DNA from: Flaccisagitta enflata
Lineage: Eukaryota
NCBI GenBank assembly: GCA_965153355.1
Contig: OZ231126.1
Coordinates: 48,732,001-48,796,000 of the forward strand
DNA: 64,000 nt
Direction: 5' to 3'
Positions 53,069-64,000 of the stretch are shown here, piece after piece. Position 1 is the stretch's first letter. Every line of letters begins with the position of its first letter. A program made the translations under genes and the position numbers. The notes beneath the pieces are model-generated. The model was not told the origin of the DNA, did not search any database, and saw nothing but the letters and a program-made list of their open reading frames with translations.

Positions 53069-55784
53069 GCCCATGTACAGTAGATCTCGTCTAGACTTGC
53101 GATAATGGGGGCAAGCATTATCAGAAAACAAATAAAGCCAGAGGAGTGATATTTTAAACATAGACTAATAACAGGATGCTTTATTGCCCATGATGGCTGG
53201 TTGCCATGGAAACACATTTCCATGTGTTCTCGCTAAAGAATCAATATTTTGAGAGATTTTTAAAGGGAACATTGTTTAAAATACAATTTGCTATAAATTT
53301 TCCACAGTATGTTCTGTAAGAATGTCGCTCGTTTAGTGGTTGCTAGGGGTTCTCATACATGGTTACTCTCCCTAGCAACGGCCAAACGAGCGACATTTTT
53401 ACAAAACATACTGTGGGAAAGTTGTAGCAAATTTTATTTCAAGCAATGTTCCCTAAAAAAATCTCTCAAAATATTGATACTTTAGCGAGAATACATGAAA
53501 ATGTGTTTCCATGACAACCAGCTATCATGGGGAATTAAGCATCCTTTGATTCACAATGTAAAGATCAGTGGACTTGCACTTTGAGTGGGTGAAATAAAAA
53601 AGTTCACGTAGAGGAACAGTTTTTTTTAAAGAAAACTAGACCCTTGACCGCATCAGACAGCACTTTTTTTTTACCTTATTCTTCGCAAATTACTACATAA
53701 AAAAAAATAAGAAGCCAAATATGTAAAATATGAAGGTTGGCAGTTGAAACTGCTCAAAACGCCGATTGTTTAAGCAAAACATGGCGTTCTTTACCATTTT
53801 AGAAAGCCAGAACACAGATGATCACGTTGCTGCAATCAGAGTTCAAAAAAAATATCATTTAGTACATTTTTAGCCTATTTGAAATACGTCTCTCTCTTTT
53901 TTGCAGGAAATTCGAATCTCCACTTTTTAAAGAATAGTTTCCACAGAGAAAACGCTTTGTTTGGCCCGGGGTGCCGATTCTGTAAAGCTGCCGCGTAGCA
54001 AGTAAATTCGAAGCAAGGCTGCCGCATTTTCTTTACCATTGATACCTCTGTTTTCTTGCAAAACTAACCCATTGAAGCTTACTTGATATTTGTTTTACTT
54101 ATTTACAATGTTAAGAACAGGTTTCACTCCATATAAATCAGGTTTTCATTTCAATTTAAGGCAAAAATGTCTTTTGCTTCTCATCTTTCTCATTCTTATA
54201 TCCTCATTTCCCCAACATCTGCCGCAACTGCCGCAGGTTAAATTTTTTGTCAGGGGGTTAAGGTGATTTTTTTGCTTTTTTCTTCCGTCTAAGGTACTGA
54301 TTAAGCCATGAAGTGGTTTCATGTAGTCGAAACAATTCACCAAGTCCGTATTTGAGTGTATGCATAAAAATTTTCTTAAAAAATCGCATTTTTTTCTTTA
54401 TTTTAGTCCAAAATAATGTTAAATTATTGCTAAAAAATGTGTACAAATATGTAACACATAGAAATGAATAAATTTCTAGCCTATCTAGCTTCCAACAGAT
54501 CAAAGAAGGCGTCTTACTATCTCTGTTGGTCTCTGAGAGAAAAATGAAAAAAAAATTATAGCGACATCTTCATTTTTGCTTGAGATATTCTTCTTGAAAG
54601 TTGGTCGTATCAACTACGCCATACAAGCTTTAATTGAGTCAACTCGATGCAACCAACTTTTTTTTTCTTCTGGGTATCATTTAGTGATTTAAAGCCGTTT
54701 TTCAAATGCGCTCCCTGGACCTGTGCCTTAGTGAGCAAAAACAACCGTTGATTTTGTCGCAACCTTCGCAAAACTCATTTTTTCTCTCGCTTCAAGACGG
54801 ACCCTATTTCCGCTTATTTTAAGACGTCGTGTTCCATTTTGTCACATGAGTCAATATCGTGTCATATTCTGTGGTTAAGCATTCAAAGTTGATTTTTTCC
54901 TTTCATATACCTCGATTAGTAAGTTTTCTACACTGCGAAAAGAGAAAACAGAATCATTGAATCATATAGTATCGAGAGGGCCACGTAGAACAATGCCCCT
55001 ATTTCCGTTTTTTTTAAGACGATCGGCTGAAAATAAGCGTGAAAGGCCCATAGCTTCTGTATCATACTTTAACTATATTTCAAGTGTTCTGAGGAATGGA
55101 AATGTGTGCTAATGATGAGGAAACATTAGTAGATGCTTCCAATTAGTTGTTTTATCCTAAACTCGTCATCGCCGTCGTCGTCGTTGTCATCGTCGTCATC
55201 GTCATTGTCGGAATGTAAAAGAGTGGGATAACTTTGGAAGTACAAGAGTAAGGACCATGAATTTTTGCATGTAGGCTCCCTCAGATGTTATGTTATTACC
55301 GTTGGGCTTTTTAGTTGCGCATACCCAACTCTATAAGAGGCTTTGTCCGTCCGTCCGTCTGTAATGCACGAGTCAATAAGTGGAAAAACGAGCGTTTTAC
55401 ATGCTTTTTTTGGCTACGTGTGTTGGTGGGGTGGCATGGGGTGTGGACGGGGTTGGATGCCCCAGCCCACCCGTCCGCAACGATATTGTGACCCCCTCGT
55501 CACTTGTTTTGAGGATTAGAGCAGTTCAAATTAGCCCAATTGGCCCAATACTGGCCTACATTGGCATAAATTATTGAAAAAAAACCCTATGATTTAAGCA
55601 TTATCCGACTTTTTAGCATGAAACTTCTTACGGATCCTTATGAAGTTAATATTGAATAAATGCACTAATATCACGAGTTTCTTTTCCGTTGATGAGCCTA
55701 ACTTTTTAAGAGTGATTATAAGTTTTGATAATTTCTCCGAAATTTGAAAAAAAAGTGCTTTTTCTTAAAAATAATCTTATTATT

Positions 55785-56225
55785 TTGGCATGATCCACCT
55801 CTTTTTTGCTGTGTCCGGCGCAAGAGAAATGGATGCCTACGCAAGGACAATTTGGGCATGATGACAGAGGTTTCATGGGAAACGCAGAGGTGCCGTCTGG
55901 ACTCAGCAATGGGACCCATGACTTTTCGGGAGCAAAACTGTTGGGCGCATCTGTCTGAAGCAAGAGTAAACTTCCCGAAAGTGAGATTCAACTTTTGATG
56001 AAGCCACTTAACAATTTTCTGGAGGCAATGTGAGGACATGTAATTGTCCTGCTCTGCCCTCTCGCTGAAATAACAGAAATAGAACTTCACTTTCCTGAAG
56101 CCCTCTTCCTCTTCCTCTTCCTCCAGTGAGAGCTCCAAAGGCTCTCATCCTTTATTAAAGTAGGGTTGAATAGTAATGTTGTCCAACTTTCATAAATGCG
56201 TAACAGTAGGCGACTGATGTAAAAA
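55785..56225 (-). pseudogene. decayed DDD transposase fragment, Sola2-like
   Basis: HL*KLDNITIQPYF ... FYFCYFSERAEQDN ... SDRCAQQFCSRK ... (frameshift) HFSCAGHSKKEVDH; matches recalled HW..Q.TIHP / SD..HD / SDG.A.Q / F..GHGK..D motifs; stops and frameshift present. Confidence 0.6.
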
Positions 56226-56643
56226 TGGTCTTTTGGAAGCTGTCATTAGTTTAAAATATCGCTAATTGTATGAAACATATTTGTTGCATGAAAATTGGAC
56301 GTTTTTTGCACTGAAATATGTAGACTATCGCGACTTTTTACGAAATTTCTACTGAAATGTCTCAAATTCGATTTTAGAAGATGATTTCAGAAAACAACGG
56401 TTGCCGGTAGGACAAGATATTCTTGACACAAACGTGAATAGTGGAAAAAGCATTTTATATCCCTGTTATTACTCATTTTGAGATTCGTCCGTGAGAAACG
56501 CATCTCTACAAGAGGGTCTGTCCGTCCGTCCATCGCTGCATCGGTTTTCCGTCCGTGGATCTGTTGCGCCTGTTCTCAAACTGCATTTCTTGGCACACAT
56601 GAAATGTAAAGCTCTCTCTCCTGCTTTCTCGCTTTCTTGCTCC

Positions 56644-56704
<61 letters not shown>

Positions 56705-56924
56705 ATCATTTTCATCATTGTCGTCTTTGTCATCATCGTCATTGTGTCCTTTTGAGATTCACTACACGCATCGTTACCCGGTCTGGCTTGGTCATTTTAA
56801 TTTTTTTTTTCTTTTCAGAATTTCATTCTAATTAGGGGTTAAAAATGTCATTTTTCAATTTTGTATGGAATCTATGGACGCTGATCAGACGAATTTGATG
56901 TTTGAGTAAAGTTCATAATCAATC

Positions 56925-57410
56925 GAGTGAATGAATGAAAATAAATGAGTGAATGAGTAATGAGTTAATGAATGAACAAATGAATGAGAAAATAAAGTCT
57001 TTAAAAAGCTGGATGTATGAGCGAGTGAATGAATATATGAACGAGTGAATGAATATATGAACGAGTAAATTAAAATGAACGAGTGAATGAATATCCAAAC
57101 AAGTGAATGAATGTACGAACAACTGAATGAATGTATGAACAAGTGAATGAATGTATGAACAAGTGAATGAATGAACGAATGAACGAGAGGTGAATGAACT
57201 GAATGAATGAACAAGTAAATGTATGAAATAGTGAATGAATGAACTTATGAATGAAAAAACGAATGATTGAATGAAAAAACGATTGAATGGATGAACGAGT
57301 GAATGAATGAACGAGTGAATGAATGAACAAGTGAATGAATGAACGCGTGAATGAATGAATAAACTGAATAAATGAACAACTGAATGAATGAATGAATTAA
57401 TGACAAATGA
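56925..57410. repeat. (TGAA)n-rich simple repeat
   Basis: Direct inspection. Confidence 0.9.
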
Positions 57411-60400
57411 AAAAAAAAATGTTGGAATGACATTCTGGTATCAGCAGCCGCGCACTCTCGTGCGCTGACCTGATTTGCATAATTAAGTGATTGCTGTGCT
57501 ACACTTCATTAAGCGCCATCAACACCCAAACCCTTAAAGTTAATGTTGATTTACATGGCGAAACCTTAGAGAGTCTTAACCACGTTTAAAGTCACGAGGA
57601 CGCCTGTTCGACAAAAAATCCGTAGTTTTGAGCGGTCTCAACATTTGTAAGACGGACAGACTAACCGACCAATGTACTGATATGACCTCTTATAGATGTA
57701 TGAGGAGGCACATAGGCTCTTAACTAAAACAAAACCCTCCATGGCTAAGAATGGAGAGATTCTGCTTTGCGTAGAAATTAACCTACGCTCATTTTCCTGA
57801 TTAGCATAATTACATAAGATCTTGCATTTGCTGACGAGCTACGGTTTAGCCATGTAAATCAATATGACCTTTGGGGTGTTGATGGGGGTTGGACGCCCCT
57901 GCCCACCCGTCAGAAATGACATTTTGATTTGAGCACTCTCATGCGCTAACCTGATTTGCATAATTAAGTGAAAACTTGCATTTGCCGGCGTGCTACACTT
58001 CATTAAGCGCCAATATCCCGAGGAATGACTTAAGGTGGTTTCTAGGGAAGGTTATGACGAGTTTCAATCAGTTATGAAAGATGAAAATTTTTCCTGTCAT
58101 CTGACCGCCTGAAAAAAGATTCTACCCGCACTTGGTGGCTGTCCTGCCGCGTAGCATTGCTACCCTGCTACCCTGAATCGGCATCCCGGTGTTTGGCAAA
58201 GCTGAAACTCTCTCAAAATAAGGTTCTGACCATGGCCTTTCAGCTCGTGTATAAATCAAAGCAGGTTTTGTTTCCGCAAAACTGTAGTAGTATGTAAAAG
58301 TTAAGCTATCAATTTTGTAGTGCTGCTCTCTCTTTTCTTTCTGCTTTGTCATTGGTGCTTTGAAAACTGTTCTGTTTTCTGATTGGTTGAATTTGCCATT
58401 CTTCCTTTCTAAGCAGTTTGCTTCAACCAATCAGATAAGCATTTTCATATTTTCATATTTTCTTGCCAATGAGAAGGCAGGAAAGAAGAAAAACAGATGA
58501 ACAGAAGGCCTTGGGGATGAGCAGGCAAATCAATGTTTTTAAAAGTTTTTTAATCGTTATTTTCTGATACTATCCCTCGAACAAATAACTTGAAAAGCAC
58601 AAACTAACCTCTTTATGCTATTACCTTCCATTTAAAAAAAAAATTGTGTTAATACTCGCCTCCATTCAAATTCTATCAAAAGTCTAAGAAAACTAAAAGC
58701 AACTTTAAAATGTGTGATTAGTCTATGATCCAAATATCGCTCCCCTGCCTTCATTTGTCTTTCCACAATGCTTGCCCCTGTTATCTCAAGTCTAGACGAG
58801 ATCTAGCCTTGTTTTTGTATCTCTCCTCATTTCAAAATTATCCAGTTAATAGGATATGACATGTAGGGGTTTATATGATTTTAAAACCATTTTCATGGTC
58901 TTATAACTGTTTTCATGGTTTTAAGCCAGAAATATAAAAAATTAGAAAAATGAGCGTCCCTTTTTGCCAAGTACAGGGCTTATAGGGACAGCATTACTTT
59001 CCTATGGTGCCCCAATTTGCCCCACGTAGGGGCTAAAAGGGACAGTGCCTTTTTTGGTAAAAAAAACACCAAAGGGGTTATTATTTGAGTTTGGTTCTTG
59101 CTGGGCAAAAAAGCCTACATCAGTGGTAATTGAGGGGGGAAGATGCAATGATGTACCTCAAGGAACATGAAAGATACAAGGCAAAATATCCAAAAAGTAT
59201 CCCAATTAGCCCCCTGTGACGGTTTTTCTTAAAATCATCAGATCTACTGCAAATTTCCCCTGATATATTCAAAATCTTGTCTCAGGAATTGGAAAATTTC
59301 TTAAATAGAGTTCCTTAAATAGAGGTATTTCAAAATTTGGGACCCGGTTAGCCGGCTGTGCTATCTCTTAAATGCAGCTATCCCTTAAATAGAGTTGCCA
59401 TGAAGGTGGGATTCCACTGTATCTCGAAAAGGCAGACCTAGGACACCCATCCTAACTCCTAAATTGAGAGGTTGCGTCGGAATTTTTTTCACAGGAGAAA
59501 TGGAAATCACATTGAGAAGGGATTAAGGCTTAGAGCCTTAGACCTTCCATCATAATTGACCAGAGAATTTCCAGTTATCGTCGGCTTAAGGCAAAAACAG
59601 CCTAAACTGGAGGAAAGTATTTAAATATCTGCATTTTATAAATCTTTATTTCACATTTTACAAATCTTTTTTTATGAATCATTTGATATTTATGGTAGTA
59701 ATAGAAACCAAAACATGTCTCTGATCATTCATAACTGCAGTTAAGTGCGAGAATATCAATATTTTAGCCAATAAACTTAAGAAATATTAAAGTAACAATC
59801 AGTATGCTTCGTAAGAATATCGCTAGTTTAGCGGTTGTTAGGGAATAACAGAGTTTGGGGTTTCAACAAGGGTGAAGGCGTCACGTCATGCAGACAGATA
59901 ATTTGAAAAATCAGCAAATGCGTTTTTTATTTGCAAAAGGTTTTTTTTAATTATGTGCTAATAGGTTTTTTTGAATTTTATAAGGAAAACCTTAAGTTTT
60001 TTTAAGTTTTATGAAGAAATTTTCTCTCTAGTTTGAGTTTTCCAACTATATTTTTAGAAGTTAAAGATTTAGAGATTGAAATTGAATACTTTTTAATATG
60101 CGCTACATTCATAAAAAAATTTAAGTCTTTGTTGATTTTTTTTAGCGGGTTTTTCTCTATCAGTTTTTTTTTCTCTTTCACTCTCTTTTTGTTTTTTTCA
60201 CTCTTCATTTTTTTCTCATTGTTTTTCTTTTTCACTTTGACTTTTTCTTTCTTTTTTTTTCTCTCCCTCTCTCTCATGCCTAAGCAAGTCACTTTCAATT
60301 AAAAATTTTGTTCATACCTATTTTAATTATCATCTTTTCTTCTCCTTCTTATCTTTCACTTATTCTCTTTTTTTTTCATTCACCTTATTATGAAGATTTA

Positions 60401-60745
60401 TGATTTTATTCAATTTTGAAAAATTTTACTAAAATATTTTTTTTTTTTTTTATAATTTTCAAAAACTCTTTCTCATAACTCAGTTTTATGCTAAAAACGT
60501 TTTTGAGTTTAGGTTGCTAGATCTGCAATTAGGTACCGGAAGCAGATGCAGAAAGGTAAACTCTAGGGAATATCATTTAGCTGTTGCTCAATGCGGTGCT
60601 GCCTAGCAACAGCTAGACAAAACATATTCTTTAGAAACTTACTATGGGAAAGCAGCGATGTATGACAAGGGACTTCAGTAACATCTTGTGACATCCCTGC
60701 TGTCAGACTAGAAAATGTGTTCTGAAAACATTCAGAGAAGGGAGA

Positions 60746-60805
<60 letters not shown>

Positions 60806-60894
60806 GCTGACATACAGACAGATAGACACAGCCAGACAGCTGACATACAGACAGATAGACAACAGGAAAAAATCATTTAATCAAATCATATAGG

Positions 60895-61414
60895 CAGTCA
60901 GCGGACAAAACACAATAGGTATATATATCACTCCGTTGCTTTTGATCCAACCTACTGATGTTGAACAGAATGCTGTAAACAACAACTGGTTGTTGAAATT
61001 ACAACCGGCTGTTACGCTACATAATTGGCAAAAATCCAACTTTCACCAAATAGAAAGAGACCTGCAGATTCATAATCCTGATGGAATTTTGAGATTTTTG
61101 ATATATCACAACATATACTTTTACATAAAAATAAAAATTTTCATCATTGTTTAATTTAATTATAATGTAATGTTAAAAAAATATTTCTTACAAAAAGTGT
61201 TAAGTGTGACATATCAAACTTCACAGAATTTCATCATGAATCTGCAGGTCTCATTCTATTTGATGAAAGTTGGATTTTTGCCAACTTTGTAACTTAACAG
61301 CCGGCTGTAATTTTAACAACCAGTTGTTGTTTACAGCATTCTGTTTAACATCAGTGGGTTGGATCAAAACCAGCGGAATGATATATATACCTATTGTGTT
61401 TTGTCCGCTGACTG
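60895..61414. mobile_element. palindromic MITE with ~200-bp arms
   Basis: CAGTCAGCGGACAAAACACAATAGGTATATATATC...GATATATATACCTATTGTGTTTTGTCCGCTGACTG. Confidence 0.88.
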
Positions 61415-63838
61415 TAGGGGAAATGATAAACGAATTTGCAAAACAAATTGAGGCAAGGGATTCACTACTATCTTGGTCAAAATAAGAGTCCTCGCAATTG
61501 AATTTAGTTCTTAAACTTTGAATATTGATCAGAAAAACCTGTTTTCTTATTACAGAAGTTTATTTTAGCGTATTTTGGCACTAGATATTGCTTGTATAGT
61601 GATCTTTATAGTGTCATATATCAGCATCACTGATTTGCGTATGACAGGTTTCTCATCTCCTTTATCTGATTTGCCATTTAGGTTTTATGGTGAGGCTTGT
61701 ACTAATTTTGTTGTAAAACCTAAACGATTTGAGCAAATGAGCTCTGCTTGGTGGCAAATGAAAGCTTTTTTGAAGCTCTTTACAACAGTCACCAATTTTC
61801 TTATGTTTCTATAATTTCTACATATGGAAAATATCCAAGTAAAGCTGCTGGAATTTCAAAAACAGAAATCAATGATTTTTACCTTAGAAATCAAAATGAA
61901 TCATTTTACTCTTTCTTCTGTAAAATCTAAACGAATTGAGCTACAGAGGTCTGCTTGGTGGCATTAGATTGGATTTTCGCAGAGCTTTCTAATGGTCACC
62001 AATTTTTATCTGTTTTTTTGAATGATCTAACTACAATGTAAGAAAACATGGCGGACTCTTAATTTGACCAAGATAGTATGTGCTGATAATTAGTATGCTT
62101 TGCCCCTGCCTGCTATACACTTTTTCTAGGTACTTTTTTTGCACAATACACTAAATTGTATGAATCAATTATTTGTTAATTTATTACTTTTTGTCTAGTA
62201 TTGGCTAAGAAAGCATGGGAACCGAAAAAAATCAGCTAAAAGGCTGTCGTGCTCAGATTTGCTATCGTGCTTTGAATTAGCTGTGATGTCCCTAGGCTCT
62301 AAGCTGCCATACATGGCTGTGAAAAAGTCATAGCAAATTTTCTTTTGAACAATATTCCCTCGGTATGTCTGTCATAATACTGATATTTTTGCAATTATAA
62401 ATAATTGAAAATAATTTTTTTTTCCATTAAAACCAACAAAGGACATAACATCAATTCACCAAATTATATTTAAATATCAAGTTTGTCTTATGAAACAAAA
62501 ACATTCGGATACCTCCCTCCAGGTTGGGCTGTTTTTCCACAAACCCCACTGTACGAGACCATGCAGGGCTGATAGAATTTTACGACGCGCAAAGCACAAG
62601 CCATCGATGTTTAGCCGTCAATGATCAACGGTTAATTAACCATTAATATAATGATTAATCATCGATTTAGATAAATAGGATTAACAGTTAACTGTTCTTC
62701 AATATTAAGTCTTTGTTATGCTATCACTTCATCAAAAAAAGAAAAGAAAAAAAAAAAAAAGATTTCATGTATTTGTCTAGATTTCATGTATTTGTCTATC
62801 ATCCATGCCCGCTTTGTGCCTGGTTATCAATGACTATGTGTGTACTTGTCTTAGATTGTTTGTTATCGCCAATGCGAGTGTGTTTTGTGTGCTGGTGTGT
62901 GGGTGTGTAAGTGTGTATATCACTTTGTGTGTATGTGTGTTTATCACTTCGTGTGTATGTATGAGTATTTAAGAGTGTTTTAAGTGTTTGTTTTTGAGTG
63001 TGTATGTTTGCGCGCGACTCTACAATCCGCTTTGTCCGTCCGTCAGTCGGTCGGTTGGTCAATCGGTGGGTCGGTTGTTCACATTTTACTATATCTTATG
63101 ATTTTATTTTTTTGACTCCACTGCTACTGCCTAAATGGTCTAGTGACCTCAAATATGGCCCCTGCCCACCCGCACACAACTTCGGTAGCCGTGTATCCGG
63201 CCTTGTTTTCTCTAAACAAAAAGGCAAAAGCATGAAACTTGTTTTCAATCGGAGCATTGAATTATCATTTTCTTTTACTGTTTAAAGGTTCGGTATGGCA
63301 TTGAATTTGTGCACGTCTTGACTTTTAAGCAAATTTTCTTTTTTGAGGTAGTGAAATACGAGATTCCTGTATTGTTTGTATGGTACAAAAATTATCGGTT
63401 TACGGTGATTAATACAAAATTTTGATTTGTGATTTTATTAACTGTTAGCATCGATAGCACAAGCAGAAAACTGCGTGGACAGAACGTGTTGGCTATGTAT
63501 CGACATACAATACAGCATCGAGATGCAAAACCGCATCGACATGCAAAACATATGTATATGTTAATCGGGGCTATTACACATAGTAAAGTGTACATACGTC
63601 CATAGAAAATGTAAGAATTTGTCAGGTAGGCAGTTGCACCTAGTGACCAATTGACAAATTATGAATCAATTACTGATAAGTAGAATTCTATCTATAACAA
63701 TCAGAGATCTATGCATTTTGAATGGTACAATGGCGAGAAAAATTCTCAGCGAAAGTTCTCATTTAACGGGGCAAACGATTGAATTGAGTAATTGCGCTAG
63801 TTCTCCGACATACCCTGATAAACAATCATTGACCATCG

Positions 63839-64000
63839 TTAAGACGCATTGTTGCCCAGGCTGTTTAACTCATTCTGTAATCTTTTCAACGACTGTTGAT
63901 ATCGCAATGGCGTTGGGCAGTGCTCAGGCGCGAAATCCAGATCAGCCAATCTAAAGGCGCAGGGAGTTTTCTCGTTCTTTCTAGCCTGGCGGATAGTGGA
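63839..64000 (-). CDS. candidate terminal coding exon of a gene entering from beyond the window
   Basis: Open frame STIRQARKNEKTPCAFRLADLDFAPEHCPTPLRYQQSLKRLQNELNSLGNNAS* from the window edge; unique sequence downstream with minus-strand AATAAA near 63433-63438. Confidence 0.4.
   Translation of the reverse strand, partial: STIRQARKNEKTPCAFRLADLDFAPEHCPTPLRYQQSLKRLQNELNSLGNNAS

Larger units (their letters stand above)
53552..58714 (-). mobile_element. 5.2-kb DNA transposon insertion with CAC...GTG termini and 5-bp TSD (TGATT), splitting a MITE (53078-58805)
   Basis: TGATT|CACAATGTAAAGAT ... AACTTTAAAATGTG|TGATT; host MITE sequence resumes at the junction when compared with the intact copy at 35137-35696. 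Confidence 0.75.

Noticed and set aside
54146-54343. CGSCGRCW as the missing cathepsin active-site exon
   Set aside because: Not the QxxCGSCWAF motif, lies upstream of the cathepsin start, and sits within a transposon insertion

Overview
Repeat-rich eukaryotic (animal, probably invertebrate) genomic DNA with GT-AG introns; most of the supplied ORF track is microsatellite or satellite noise. Genes I can reconstruct by hand: NUDCD3-like exons 2-4 (-; first exon not found), the N-terminal five exons of a 26/29-kDa cathepsin-L-like protease (-; catalytic exons not found), a two-exon Grindelwald-like TNF-receptor-type membrane protein (-), a complete three-exon ZFAND2/AIRAP-like gene (+) with a duplicated 5' end, a small DUF4748-like last exon (-), and a few orphan exon candidates. 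The rest is a 70-bp and an 80-bp satellite that look related, many Helentron/DINE-like (HINE) elements, TA-TSD MITEs, hAT-type non-autonomous elements and deeply nested TE stacks. Most notable: the truncated cathepsin and truncated NUDCD3 are adjacent, on the same strand and splice-phase compatible (true chimera, deletion allele or mis-assembly); a 5.2-kb insertion with CAC...GTG ends and a 5-bp TSD carries a decayed Sola2-like transposase; and a perfect 79-bp-arm palindrome lies in a cathepsin intron. All family assignments come from recalled motifs, not database searches.
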